Of a DNA stretch of 64,000 nt, positions 8,690 to 18,255 are shown in pieces. The DNA is taken from NCBI GenBank assembly GCA_039208735.1, contig JBCCQY010000002.1, positions 32,001-96,000 on the forward strand, in the 5' to 3' direction. Position 1 is the first letter of the stretch. Each line of letters starts with the position of its first letter. The notes beneath the pieces were generated by a model that worked only from the letters and a program-made list of their open reading frames with translations, was not told the origin of the DNA and did no database searches. The position numbers and the translations under genes were made by a program. This stretch comes from Myxococcota bacterium (lineage in GTDB: Bacteria; Myxococcota_A; UBA796; GCA-2862545).

Positions 8690-11600
8690 ATGCGCCATAT
8701 GTGGATTGTCGTGTTGATGGGGATGGTGGGCTGGCTTTGGCCCACTGAAGCCTTCGCTCAGACCCTCACCCTCATGGTGAGCCCCTTCAACAACAACACC
8801 CCTGACGAGCAATTCCATACGCTTGAGAAGGGCCTCGCCGACATGTTGATCACCGATCTATCGGTGAGCGAGGACTTCAAGCTCGTCGAGCGCGAAAGGC
8901 TCGAAACGCTGCTTAAAGAGCTGAAGCTCAACGCGTCCTCGCTCGTCGACCCTCGCACGGCGCAGAAGTCAGGCCGGGTGGTGGGGGCCGACTTGGTCCT
9001 CGCGGGCTCCATTCAGGCGGCTTCCCCCATCCTGCGCCTCGACGCCCGCATCATCGACGTCGAAGAAGCGACCATCGTGGCCACGGCCAAGGCTTCGGGT
9101 CCGATCGAGCGGTTCTTTGAGGTCGAAGCCAGTCTTGCGAAGGAGCTGCTCGACGCAATGGGGGTTGCCCTCACCCCGCTGCAACGGCTCAAGGTCCAAA
9201 AGGCACCAACCAAGAACCTCGAAGCGTTCAACCACTACACCGACGCCCTCGATGCGGCGGACCGCGGCGACCCTGAAGCCGAAACGAAAGCCCTCGAGGC
9301 GGCCATCGAGGCCGATCCGAGCTTTGCCAAGGCCATCGCCCGGCTCGATGCACGCATTGCGGCACTCGAAGGACGCACCGATGCGGTGGAACGCGCGGGC
9401 GGACTGATCCTTCGTCCCACCACTCCCGCAGACTATTGGTCAAACCATCAGATTCACGTCGATCGCCGTGAAACCGCGAAGGCCGTCACCGCCCTACAGA
9501 ACCTGTTGAAGTTGGCTCCGTCAAGCCTGGATGGACTCGAGCAGTACGTCCGCCTGGCGAAACCGTCGAAGCGGTCCGCCATCAAGGGGGTGGACCCAAC
9601 GGTGCTGGCCGCGGTCACGGCCATCGTGAACCAGGATGCCAAGGAAGCCTCTGTTCAAACCCGACAACGGCTCGTCGAAGCCCCGGACGACCCGGTGGCT
9701 CGCTGGCTCCGCTTGCGGGCCCTGACCGCCCCGCTCAACCCGTCCCCCACCGCACTCGAAGCGGCCGAACTCTGGCGGCACGTGCAGGTGCTCTCGGACC
9801 CCGTACAAGCCGATACGTTCACCGCGGCCTTCACGGTTCGCCCCACCGCAGATGCGGCTCAGGCGCAGGTCCGCGCCTTGTTGGAGGCCGGGGACAAGGC
9901 CGTCAGCTCCGCGTGGCCGATCCGCCGCCGGTACGTCGTCGCTCCGCCCGTCACCCTCGCATTTGTTTGGGAGTATCGCCACAGCATCGAGGTGCGCATC
10001 GCGGAAGCCAATCCGCAGAATGCTTCCATCGAATGGCCCGGTGGCCTCGTCACCCCCCTCGCCTTCCAAAACCGAGATGGCCTCGGCGGAACCGCGGCGA
10101 TTTTGGTCGCCAAGCTCGATGAGCGGTTCGCGGAGACCGTTCCTCGAGGCCCTCAACGCGTGACCGTCCGCTGGCGAGACGGCAAGGGCCATGACGTGGC
10201 CACCACCTTCGGCGCCTTCCTCCCTCCGCGGTCTACCGGCGTTTCCGACAACAACTGGGAGCGCATCCAACTTGGCTTCAATGCGAACAAAGAACGCAAG
10301 GGTCAGATCCTAGTCGACACGATTGCGTCGGTGTGGACCGCCCCACGAGCCGAGGCCTTTCAACGTCTAAGCTTTGAGCCGGGCTGGGAGACCCCACCGG
10401 GAGCGTGGGGTCTTGCCATTCGGAACCAGTCGGCCGCGGTGACGCGCACCGGCCTCGCTCGACCGTTCGCGTTCCGGTACGCCGACCCGGCTGCGGACCA
10501 GTACGGGGCGGTGGGCCTCGCGCGGTTCCAATTCGAGAAGCGTTCCGATGAACGGCGAGGCCGTTGGAAGGCCGATGGCGAATCCTGGTCCTACGAGCGA
10601 GGCCTGGCCTCCATTCCCCTCCGTACCGACCCGTTGGGCGGACTGGTCGATCTGGTGGCCGCAGGCGAGGCCGAGGATGCCCTGGAGATGCTCGTCACCT
10701 TGGCCTACCGCGACGGAGAATGGGGCGCAGTCCCTGACTGGTCCACCACCGATGCGGGCGCTTATCGGCTGACGTACCTTCTCGCAGCCGCCAAACGCCT
10801 CAATCGCCGGTACGGCGCCCTCCGGTCCGCCGTGACCTTCGGTTCCCAGGTGGAGGCTCGCGACTGGCTCCGGGAGGTGGTGCAGTACCTCGACGGAGCC
10901 ATCACCGCGAAAGAGCTGGTTGCCCTTGCCAAGGCTCGCGATGGCGAGGACCATCGGTTCCAAGCCGAAGCCGCAACCGCCATCGCGCTGTCGGACCCCA
11001 AGGCTCACAAAGAGATGGCCGAGTTTCTCCGTGCCATGACGCGTCATGCCACGCCCAACATGATCGAATGGACGTTGCTTCGCCAGGAAGTGCGCAAACA
11101 ACGAATGACGCTGCCCCCCCAGGTTCGTTCCGCCGGTCGCTTCGTGGACCGAATGGAAGTCACCGTCGACGACTACCTGCAGTGCGTCAAGGCGGGACGC
11201 TGCCGGCGGCCTTCTTCGGCGACCTGTGCCCAGGCCCGTGGCGAATGGAGCGGAGGTTGGACTGACCATATGGGCACAGCCTGCTTCCCCGTTGAGGACA
11301 ATCCCTATCCCATCACCTGGATCACCCACGACCAGGCGGCGTCGTACTGTGATTGGCGAGGGGGCGCGCTGCCTACGGCGAAGGAGTGGACCCAGTTGGC
11401 GGCTCGAACCACTCCCTTCACGGCGGGTGACGACAACCTCATGGAAGCTCATGCCTGCGCGTTTTCCTGGGTGTCCCTGGCCCCTAAGGTCTGCAAGAAT
11501 CAACGCGCGAACTTTGAGGCGGAGAATCCCCACGATGGCTACCTCGGCATTGCGCCGGTCGGTGCGTTCCCCGCCGGTGCATCCGCCGATGGGGTCGAAA

Positions 11601-12997
11601 ACCTGCTCGGCAACGTGCGCGAGTGGCTTCGCGACGGCACGGTCGCAGGCTGTGATTACAACGACCCCCCCGGCACCGTCAAAGGCCCCCGCTGCGCCAA
11701 CCGCATCGCCTCCCCGCGGACCCGCGCAAGCGGTACGGTAGGCTTCCGCTGCACCTACGGGCGCCCGCCACGCCCCCCGTCGAGCTTAGGGAAGCGCCAG
11801 CGCCCGCCACGAACCAAGCGAGGATCGGTGCCGCTCACGTGGGTGGGTGTTCCGGCGGGAACACTCGATCCAAAGACCATGCCCCAGCCCATCGTCATCG
11901 ACCTGTCCCAACCTGCGCCGGCCGACCTCGACGCCGCGGTCGCCCGGATCGATGGCCTGTCTCGAGCCGACCTGGACGCGTTGATCAAGCGGTTCCGCAA
12001 GGCGGGGCTAACGTCAACGATCAACGACCATGATCTGTCCGAACTGGTGCACCGTTCCCGATCCTGGAAACGCTCGCTTGCCGACACGGTGTCGCTCGTC
12101 CTCGAGCTCATCGAACCCCCCGAGCCCGACCGCGACACCGATGCGGCGGAGGACCGGGCTCGCAAAGCGCTGGGGGCGAGTATCTACGCCTCGGGTGCCC
12201 AATCGCACTGGCTCTCCGAGCATCGGGAGGTAGACCGCGCATCCATGACCAAAGCGCAATGGCGTGAAGCCCTTTTCGAATACCTCTTTCACTACCCGCA
12301 ATCCGACTTCGGGTTCGAAGATCGCCAGATGTTTACGCTGCGTCGCACGCAGGGCCTCCCCCGCCCATGGCACGACCGGGTCGCCCCGGGTTGCCTCGAG
12401 TACCCCGACGGACAGTGCCTCGACCTCACGGGAACCAAGACGAGCGACCGCGACGGGTCCCTACGCGCGATCCTCCAGTCTTACACCCGTAGGGACCCCA
12501 TCGAAGTGCCCGCCTTCGAGCTGCTCGCCCATGAGGTCACGCAAGACCAGTACCGCAAGGTAACCGGTCAGGACCCCTCTTTCGAGTGGTGTGCAGACTG
12601 CCCCGTTACCCAGGTGAGCGCGACGGAAGCCGAGGCCTTCTGTACGCAGATTGGGGGGCGCCTTCCCACCAACGCCGAATGGCGCTGGGCGGTGCTGGCC
12701 GGTGGACCACCCGGGCTTCGACCCGGCCCCGTTGAAGCGATCGCCTGGAGCCTCCTCAACAGCGAGGATCAACGCCCCAAGCCCGTCGGAACCCGCAAGG
12801 TCAACGGTTACGGGCTGTACGACATGCTGGGGAACGTCTGGGAGTGGACGACGGACCCGACGAATCGCGACGAGTGGGAACGCCACGTGGTCGGCGGTTC
12901 TTGGGCGAGCGACCCCCGACAGGTGCACCCTCGTCACTGGGTGACGCTGCACCAGCGCGTGCGGTCCGACTTCATCGGCTTTCGTTGCGCGAGGTAG
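8690..12997 (+). CDS. Large secreted protein: CsgG/TolB-N-like domain, TPR-like helices, unknown middle region and two FGE-sulfatase (SUMF1) domains
   Basis: Signal peptide (AFA-Q); GLADMLITDL..LVERERLE..LRLDARIIDVE; DRMEVT..LPTAKEW..LLGNVREW..GFRC; second domain HEVTQ..GRLPTNAEW..GLYDMLGNVWEW..GGSW..GFRCAR. Confidence 0.8.
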   Translation: MRHMWIVVLMGMVGWLWPTEAFAQTLTLMVSPFNNNTPDEQFHTLEKGLADMLITDLSVSEDFKLVERERLETLLKELKLNASSLVDPRTAQKSGRVVGADLVLAGSIQAASPILRLDARIIDVEEATIVATAKASGPIERFFEVEASLAKELLDAMGVALTPLQRLKVQKAPTKNLEAFNHYTDALDAADRGDPEAETKALEAAIEADPSFAKAIARLDARIAALEGRTDAVERAGGLILRPTTPADYWSNHQIHVDRRETAKAVTALQNLLKLAPSSLDGLEQYVRLAKPSKRSAIKGVDPTVLAAVTAIVNQDAKEASVQTRQRLVEAPDDPVARWLRLRALTAPLNPSPTALEAAELWRHVQVLSDPVQADTFTAAFTVRPTADAAQAQVRALLEAGDKAVSSAWPIRRRYVVAPPVTLAFVWEYRHSIEVRIAEANPQNASIEWPGGLVTPLAFQNRDGLGGTAAILVAKLDERFAETVPRGPQRVTVRWRDGKGHDVATTFGAFLPPRSTGVSDNNWERIQLGFNANKERKGQILVDTIASVWTAPRAEAFQRLSFEPGWETPPGAWGLAIRNQSAAVTRTGLARPFAFRYADPAADQYGAVGLARFQFEKRSDERRGRWKADGESWSYERGLASIPLRTDPLGGLVDLVAAGEAEDALEMLVTLAYRDGEWGAVPDWSTTDAGAYRLTYLLAAAKRLNRRYGALRSAVTFGSQVEARDWLREVVQYLDGAITAKELVALAKARDGEDHRFQAEAATAIALSDPKAHKEMAEFLRAMTRHATPNMIEWTLLRQEVRKQRMTLPPQVRSAGRFVDRMEVTVDDYLQCVKAGRCRRPSSATCAQARGEWSGGWTDHMGTACFPVEDNPYPITWITHDQAASYCDWRGGALPTAKEWTQLAARTTPFTAGDDNLMEAHACAFSWVSLAPKVCKNQRANFEAENPHDGYLGIAPVGAFPAGASADGVENLLGNVREWLRDGTVAGCDYNDPPGTVKGPRCANRIASPRTRASGTVGFRCTYGRPPRPPSSLGKRQRPPRTKRGSVPLTWVGVPAGTLDPKTMPQPIVIDLSQPAPADLDAAVARIDGLSRADLDALIKRFRKAGLTSTINDHDLSELVHRSRSWKRSLADTVSLVLELIEPPEPDRDTDAAEDRARKALGASIYASGAQSHWLSEHREVDRASMTKAQWREALFEYLFHYPQSDFGFEDRQMFTLRRTQGLPRPWHDRVAPGCLEYPDGQCLDLTGTKTSDRDGSLRAILQSYTRRDPIEVPAFELLAHEVTQDQYRKVTGQDPSFEWCADCPVTQVSATEAEAFCTQIGGRLPTNAEWRWAVLAGGPPGLRPGPVEAIAWSLLNSEDQRPKPVGTRKVNGYGLYDMLGNVWEWTTDPTNRDEWERHVVGGSWASDPRQVHPRHWVTLHQRVRSDFIGFRCAR

Positions 12998-13619
12998 CCT
13001 TCGACACGAACGGATCGTCGACGTAGAGCAGCCGCCAGCAGAGCAGGGCGACGCCGCTGCGGTAGGGGGCCCACGGCTCGCCGAGCGCTGTGGCCTGGGC
13101 GACGGTCGGCCGCGTCTCGAGTTCCATCAGGTGTCGCAACCCCTCTCGCACCCCGAGGTCTCCGACAGGCCACACATCGGGCCGCCCCAACAGGAACAGC
13201 CGCACCATGTCGACGGTCCATGGGCCCACGCCACGACGAGGGATGAGGTGGGCATGAACCTCATCGTCCGTCATGGCGGGGAGCCCCGCGAGATCGAGGT
13301 CTCCTCGGTCCTCAGCCGCGCACAGATCGCGAAGGGCGGCCACTTTGGCCCGTGACAACCCAATCTCCCGCAGGGCCGCATCCTCGTGGCGAGCCACCCG
13401 TTGTGGGGTCGGTGGTCCTCCGAGAAGGCCCTCGAGCCGATCGTAGATGGCGGCCGCGGCCTTCACCGAAAGCTGCTGGCCCGCCACGATGCGCACGATC
13501 GAAGCCAACGTGCAGGGACGCCGTCGGTCCGGAAACGCGCCCACGTGGGCCACCGCCTGGGCGATTCGAGGGTCGCGTTGGGCGAGCGGGCCGAGGGTCT
13601 CGCGAGGGTCCGGCGTCAG
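12972..13619 (-). CDS. alkA: DNA-3-methyladenine glycosylase II (HhH-GPD); start uncertain, possibly CTG
   Basis: IVAGQQLSVKAAAAI, GLSRAK, HhH GVGPWT, DVWPVGDLGV, WAPYRS. Confidence 0.82.
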   Translation of the reverse strand: MTPDPRETLGPLAQRDPRIAQAVAHVGAFPDRRRPCTLASIVRIVAGQQLSVKAAAAIYDRLEGLLGGPPTPQRVARHEDAALREIGLSRAKVAALRDLCAAEDRGDLDLAGLPAMTDDEVHAHLIPRRGVGPWTVDMVRLFLLGRPDVWPVGDLGVREGLRHLMELETRPTVAQATALGEPWAPYRSGVALLCWRLLYVDDPFVSKATSRNESR

Positions 13620-14650
13620 CGGATCGCCTTGTCGAAGGCCCGTCGTAGATCCTCGCGACCCAGGCCCGCCGAGGTGGCCTGTCCTGAGACCTTCGCCCGC
13701 TCGTGAAGGGCGCGCTGGCGTGGTGAAAGCCAACGCGAGGGGTCTTCGCCCGCTCCCACCGCTGCGTTCACGCGGGAAGCCTGCGCGGGCGTCATGGGCA
13801 CGGCCGCCCATGTGGTGCGACGAATGCGGTACCGATCGTCCTTGGCGGACGCCCTAAACGAGGCATCGAGAGGCGTCGCGTTGCCTCGGGCAGCGTAAGC
13901 GTCCAACGTGGCTCGCGACGTCGTCTTCGGGTCGTAGACCACCTCCACGACCTCCCGGCCCCCAGCAAAGCCCGGCGTGGTCGACAAGACCCCCTCGTTG
14001 GCGCCAAGATGCTCTTCGCCGCTCCAGAAGCAGTACATCGAGTAGAGCGCCGTCTCGGTCTGGCCCTCAGTTCGCGCCTCGCGTTCGACCAACGCAAGCC
14101 AATCGGGAATCGCGTGGTTCCCCCTTTGCAATGCCGTCACCATGCGCGATAGCAGCGTGGAGGAGCGGTAATCCCCTGCCAACCGTGGCACGACATCGTC
14201 ACCCTTTGCGTCCAAGATGCGCACTACTGGATTGTTCCAGGTGGGTTCTCCATACGCGTTGAGCACCTTGCGATCGGGCCCCGCGACGTTGTTGTACACG
14301 ACCACGGGAACAAACGATTCCTCGATCGCGTCCACGACCAACGGGTCCGACAACGTCCCGTTGCCGTACGCCAGCACCGTCGAGCACCCGGGGACCTCAT
14401 CGAACAACACCAACAAGGGCTTGCCCGTGGCCTGTGCCTGCGCCTTCGCCTGTTCAAAGCCTCGCATCCAGCGCACCCGACCCAACTCTTCTGGCTGGTC
14501 CGGCCAGCTTAGATCGGGGCTCGCAGAGTGGGGGATCGTGGGCGAAGATCGCTTTCCTGCCTCGGCGGGGTCGGACCATGCCCCGCATCCCATTGCGGTG
14601 CAGACCGCCACCAACGTACCCAGAGCCGAGAGCCGTCCCCATCGCCGCAT
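13616..14650 (-). CDS. VPG(U/C)xxT-family thioredoxin-like lipoprotein (Cys form) with a degenerate MsrA-like C-terminal domain
   Basis: ELGRVRW..GKPLLVLFDEVPGCST..LSDPLVVDAIE..EPTWNNPVVR; later MYCFWSGE..GREVVEVVYDP; lipobox AMGC; GGAGG SD. Confidence 0.75.
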   Translation of the reverse strand: MRRWGRLSALGTLVAVCTAMGCGAWSDPAEAGKRSSPTIPHSASPDLSWPDQPEELGRVRWMRGFEQAKAQAQATGKPLLVLFDEVPGCSTVLAYGNGTLSDPLVVDAIEESFVPVVVYNNVAGPDRKVLNAYGEPTWNNPVVRILDAKGDDVVPRLAGDYRSSTLLSRMVTALQRGNHAIPDWLALVEREARTEGQTETALYSMYCFWSGEEHLGANEGVLSTTPGFAGGREVVEVVYDPKTTSRATLDAYAARGNATPLDASFRASAKDDRYRIRRTTWAAVPMTPAQASRVNAAVGAGEDPSRWLSPRQRALHERAKVSGQATSAGLGREDLRRAFDKAIR

Positions 14651-14827
14651 GTTCGACCTCCTTTTGCGCCGCTCCGCGCGGCTCTCTTGGCGTCTGCCGC
14701 CCCCGCAAAGCGTTGCACATCTCCGACGCCTCAATGTGTCACTTGCAGTCGTGCATGAGGGGGTTGCGCAGATGGACATGGGCGTCAGCCGCCAACAATC
14801 GCATTCTGCTGGTGTGGAGGACTTACG

Positions 14828-15745
14828 ATGCTGTTCTTGCTCACCGGTTGTGCTGGCTTGACCCCGATCCCCCAACCCGAACTTGCGGACCTGCCGGACG
14901 AAACCCGGGCCCAAGTGGAGTTGGGACGCACCCTGTTCTTCGATGCGGGCCTGTCTGGCGACGGGACGCTGTCGTGTGCAAGCTGCCACGATCCCAAGCA
15001 ATACGGCGCGGATGGGCGAACCACCTCTCTCGGCGCGGGCGGGGAGCCGATTCGCCGCAACGCGCCGTCGGTCTTCAACGCTGCGCTCAAGGACTTTCAG
15101 TTCTGGGACGGTCGCGCGGCAACGCTCGAAGAACAAGCCCGTGGACCGTTGTTCGCCGAAGTCGAGATGGCCACGACGCCAGAAGCGGTCGAACGCTACC
15201 TCGGTGCGATGTACGCGGAGGCCTTTGGAGCTGCGTTCCCTGGGGAAACCGGCCCCACGGTCGATCAACTGACACGAGCGCTGGCCGCCTACGAGCGCGT
15301 CCTGCCCGCCCCGTCACGCTTCGATCGGTTCCTCGAAGGCGAGCGTGAGGTGCTCACCGATCTCGAACGTTCTGGTCTTCGACTGTTCCGCAACAACTGC
15401 GCCTTCTGTCACGGCGGAGACGGCATCGGCGGTGACGACTTCGAGCGGCTAGGCGACGAGATTCCCTGGCCCAACGACCGGCGGCAGGATCTTGGACGGG
15501 CGGAAGTGACGGGCGACGCCGCAGACGAGCTGGTGTTCGTCGTGCCCTCGCTGCGCAACGTGACGCAGACCGGCCCCTACTTTCACGACGGCTCCGTCGA
15601 GACCATCGAAGAGGCGGTGAAGCTGATGGGCCGCCACCAGATCGGAAGGGACTTCGACGACACCGAGGTCAACGCCCTGGTCGCGTTCCTCGCCACGCTC
15701 GAAGCCGAAACCATCCCGCCTTGGGCATTCGCCCCCGAGGGCTAA
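14828..15745 (+). CDS. Di-heme cytochrome c peroxidase (CcP/MauG family) lipoprotein
   Basis: CASCH and CAFCH, RNAPSVFN, QFWDGRA, VPSLRNV, PYFHDGS. Confidence 0.92.
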   Translation: MLFLLTGCAGLTPIPQPELADLPDETRAQVELGRTLFFDAGLSGDGTLSCASCHDPKQYGADGRTTSLGAGGEPIRRNAPSVFNAALKDFQFWDGRAATLEEQARGPLFAEVEMATTPEAVERYLGAMYAEAFGAAFPGETGPTVDQLTRALAAYERVLPAPSRFDRFLEGEREVLTDLERSGLRLFRNNCAFCHGGDGIGGDDFERLGDEIPWPNDRRQDLGRAEVTGDAADELVFVVPSLRNVTQTGPYFHDGSVETIEEAVKLMGRHQIGRDFDDTEVNALVAFLATLEAETIPPWAFAPEG

Positions 15746-16926
15746 CGCGCCATGGTGTACGGCGACCCGTCAATGACCAGAAGCCCCTTGTAGACGAAGA
15801 ACGGCTCACGTTCGACCGCCCCATCGTCGTACGTCAGCACGAGTTCGTAGCCATCCACGCGATACCGACCCGCTCGGGGGGCGCGCTTCGACGACGAGGC
15901 CGCCAATACGCCGGGAACCTGCGCCGTAGCGACAGAGGTTCCCCCTTTCGAAAACCGGCCGCTTCGCGCAAACACGTAGTCCGTCGAGGCGAACACGCTG
16001 AAGTCCGCCTTGACCGTGCTTCCCGCGCTCACCGATTTGTAGTGCCCCTCAAAGGTCTCCCCCTCGGCGGGAGAGACGCGTTGGTACGTAAGCCCTCCGA
16101 TCATCAAGGCGTCGGCAGCCATCTGGAAGGGCAACTCCTCGATCGAGCCCACCCCGAGTCGCTGAAGGAAGGTCGAACCGCTCCTCAACATCGCGAGGGT
16201 GGAACCCCGAACCGCATATCGGCCGCACGATTTCGGGTGGCGCGTGCAGTAGGCGTCGGGATTGACCATCGCCACGTCGGAGAACGCGTAGCGACCGTCG
16301 GGCAGAAAGGTGTAGCTGCGCGTGCCCGCTTCGGCGACCACGGTCGCCGCCGCGGTCAGCCCTACACGACCTCCGAATCCCACAAAGAACCCGTCGATCG
16401 AACGGTCTCCGGGACTGTCAAAGCCGACGGAGGTGGCTTGCAGGCCACCGAGCAGACCACCGAACGTCGACAGTGCTTCCTTCGGAGTTCCGTTGGGCCA
16501 GATGCCCACGATCACCACGACGTGGTCGGTCCCTCCGACGGCCACGGGAACGAAGTAGCTGCGCACGCCGCGAACTTCGGCAAATCCGCTCCCCAACACG
16601 ACGGGAATTCCCCTGGCCGTCGAAGCCTCTTTCAGTTTCCATTTGGTGAGCGGCACCCCAGGAGCGACGACAGGCAGTAGCGAGGCCAACGCCTGGTGGG
16701 GATCTTGGGTAGGCACGGGACCGAAGACCAGCCCTCGCCAACCCGACGAATGCCGCAGTTGGCGTGACGTGGCCTTGGTCGCTTCGACGGTCCAGCCTTC
16801 GGGCAACGCCAAACCCACCGTCCCCACGCGGACGGTTGGCGCTTGGGGTGGACTTGCCACACTCCGTCCTCCGTAGGTCAGCCCCAGGAAAATCCCCCAC
16901 CACGCGATCACTCGCCAAGGTTGCAC
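15742..16926 (-). CDS. Hypothetical secreted protein with two internal beta-rich repeats
   Basis: 394-aa ORF with signal-like N-terminus; repeats YTFLPDGRY..GRYAVRGSTL and YVFARSGRF..GRYRVDGYEL. Confidence 0.65.
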   Translation of the reverse strand: MQPWRVIAWWGIFLGLTYGGRSVASPPQAPTVRVGTVGLALPEGWTVEATKATSRQLRHSSGWRGLVFGPVPTQDPHQALASLLPVVAPGVPLTKWKLKEASTARGIPVVLGSGFAEVRGVRSYFVPVAVGGTDHVVVIVGIWPNGTPKEALSTFGGLLGGLQATSVGFDSPGDRSIDGFFVGFGGRVGLTAAATVVAEAGTRSYTFLPDGRYAFSDVAMVNPDAYCTRHPKSCGRYAVRGSTLAMLRSGSTFLQRLGVGSIEELPFQMAADALMIGGLTYQRVSPAEGETFEGHYKSVSAGSTVKADFSVFASTDYVFARSGRFSKGGTSVATAQVPGVLAASSSKRAPRAGRYRVDGYELVLTYDDGAVEREPFFVYKGLLVIDGSPYTMAR

Positions 16927-16950
16927 GCCGCCTCCTTCGCCGAAACAGGC

Positions 16951-17937
16951 CTACCGCGCAGCCGGCCATAGAGCGATGCACCGGACCTCGATGCTTCGGC
17001 GGTCCGGCGCGCCGACCGGCGTTGCGGGGTCATCGAATGCACTGTGAAAGCTGAACGAACTCGGTGAGTCAGGCTCCGCCGAGTCTGAAACCTTGCCTTC
17101 GCTGCGAGCCAGTGCGCCCGCCGAATCCCACTGCTTAATGAGCAAGCCCTCGTCCCGAGTGAGGCCTGACCAGTAGATCCAGCGATGCCGCAACGCCGCC
17201 TTAGCGAAGTAGTTTTCCCCAACCCGGTCTGCGTAGTGGATCTCGAAGACCACCAAGTCCTCGGGCTCGACGGTGCGCGCGTCACACAGCGCAAGCGGAT
17301 GGGTGACCACAGGCTCGGGGGCGATGTTGCGCCACACGTTGATGAGCGCGAACCGACCGGTTGGCGCGAGCGCCCGGGCCGCGAGTTCGGGGTCGATCAA
17401 GACCTCCCCATCGGCCAACATCGAACGAAGGGTGTCGTTGCCCGTTGGGGGTTGCGTAAGCTGCTCCAAACGACGTGGGGCACTGGTCAGCGTGTAGTCT
17501 CCATGGACCACGTGCGCGGGACCCTGAACGCGCTGCCCGCCGCGAATGCGTTCGGCGGCCTGCTGTTGGGTGGCCGAACGAACGTTGTGGTCGAAGGCGA
17601 ACACATGCGGAGCCCCCGTCACCTCCGCAATGAGCCCGCGGCACGACGAATAGTAGGCCTCGACCACCTGCCGATGGTCATAGAAGTCGAGTTCCCGCTC
17701 TAACGGCCGCGCAACCACCGCGAAGCCTTCTTGGTCGAGGGTTGGCGCTCGCTCGAGCCGCCGGGCATCGGCGATGTCGACGAGGCGTTCGTCCGCCACG
17801 ACACCTTCGGTGCCCGCGTCCCCTCCATCCGCATCCCGCTGCGTGCGGACCCGCCCGTTGGCGACGAGCGAGGAGGTCACCCCGGCATCGAGATAGCAAA
17901 ACCGCCCCTTCGTCGAGGGCGCAGCGCGAACGTCCAT
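16951..17937 (-). CDS. CmcJ/NvfI (AsaB-like) family oxidoreductase
   Basis: DAR..TLDQEGF, FDHNVR, VHGDYT (HxD), INVWR, PLALCDA, KQWDS, HSAF, RRSIEVR; AGGAGG SD. Confidence 0.85.
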   Translation of the reverse strand: MDVRAAPSTKGRFCYLDAGVTSSLVANGRVRTQRDADGGDAGTEGVVADERLVDIADARRLERAPTLDQEGFAVVARPLERELDFYDHRQVVEAYYSSCRGLIAEVTGAPHVFAFDHNVRSATQQQAAERIRGGQRVQGPAHVVHGDYTLTSAPRRLEQLTQPPTGNDTLRSMLADGEVLIDPELAARALAPTGRFALINVWRNIAPEPVVTHPLALCDARTVEPEDLVVFEIHYADRVGENYFAKAALRHRWIYWSGLTRDEGLLIKQWDSAGALARSEGKVSDSAEPDSPSSFSFHSAFDDPATPVGAPDRRSIEVRCIALWPAAR

Positions 17938-18255
17938 CCTTCCTCCTGTTCGGTCCCTACCGAGCCCATCTCCCTGGCGCACTCATCACAGTCGAACCCT
18001 GCAAGACGCTGCAAGAATTGCGGACACACCAACAGGACGCGCCTCACAGCATGATCCATTCAAATGCGAACAATCGAAGACTTCACGGATTTATGCTGTA
18101 AAGGGGCGTTGCCTAAGTGAGAGCCGAAGACTAATCGAAGACCAGGGTCCGGTGGCCGTTCGAGGTTCGTTCCGAAACCAACGAACATGCTGCACGGTCA
18201 CCCTAATGTTGGTCTCAGAGAGATGCACGATGCTTTCGTCGTGCGAGGGAGAGCT

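Noticed and set aside
12780..12997. FGE/C-lectin C-termini (here and at 18809) as diversity-generating retroelement variable regions
   Set aside because: No reverse transcriptase and no adenine-variant template repeat seen in the window; a remote DGR cannot be excluded
14380..14400. Selenocysteine in the VPGxxT motif
   Set aside because: The codon is TGC (Cys), not TGA
14651..15268. Long N-terminal extensions in ORF-track calls (13616-15268, 18809-21280, 36675-38660, 47593-49179)
   Set aside because: They overlap other genes or lack homology; downstream starts with SD or signal peptides fit better
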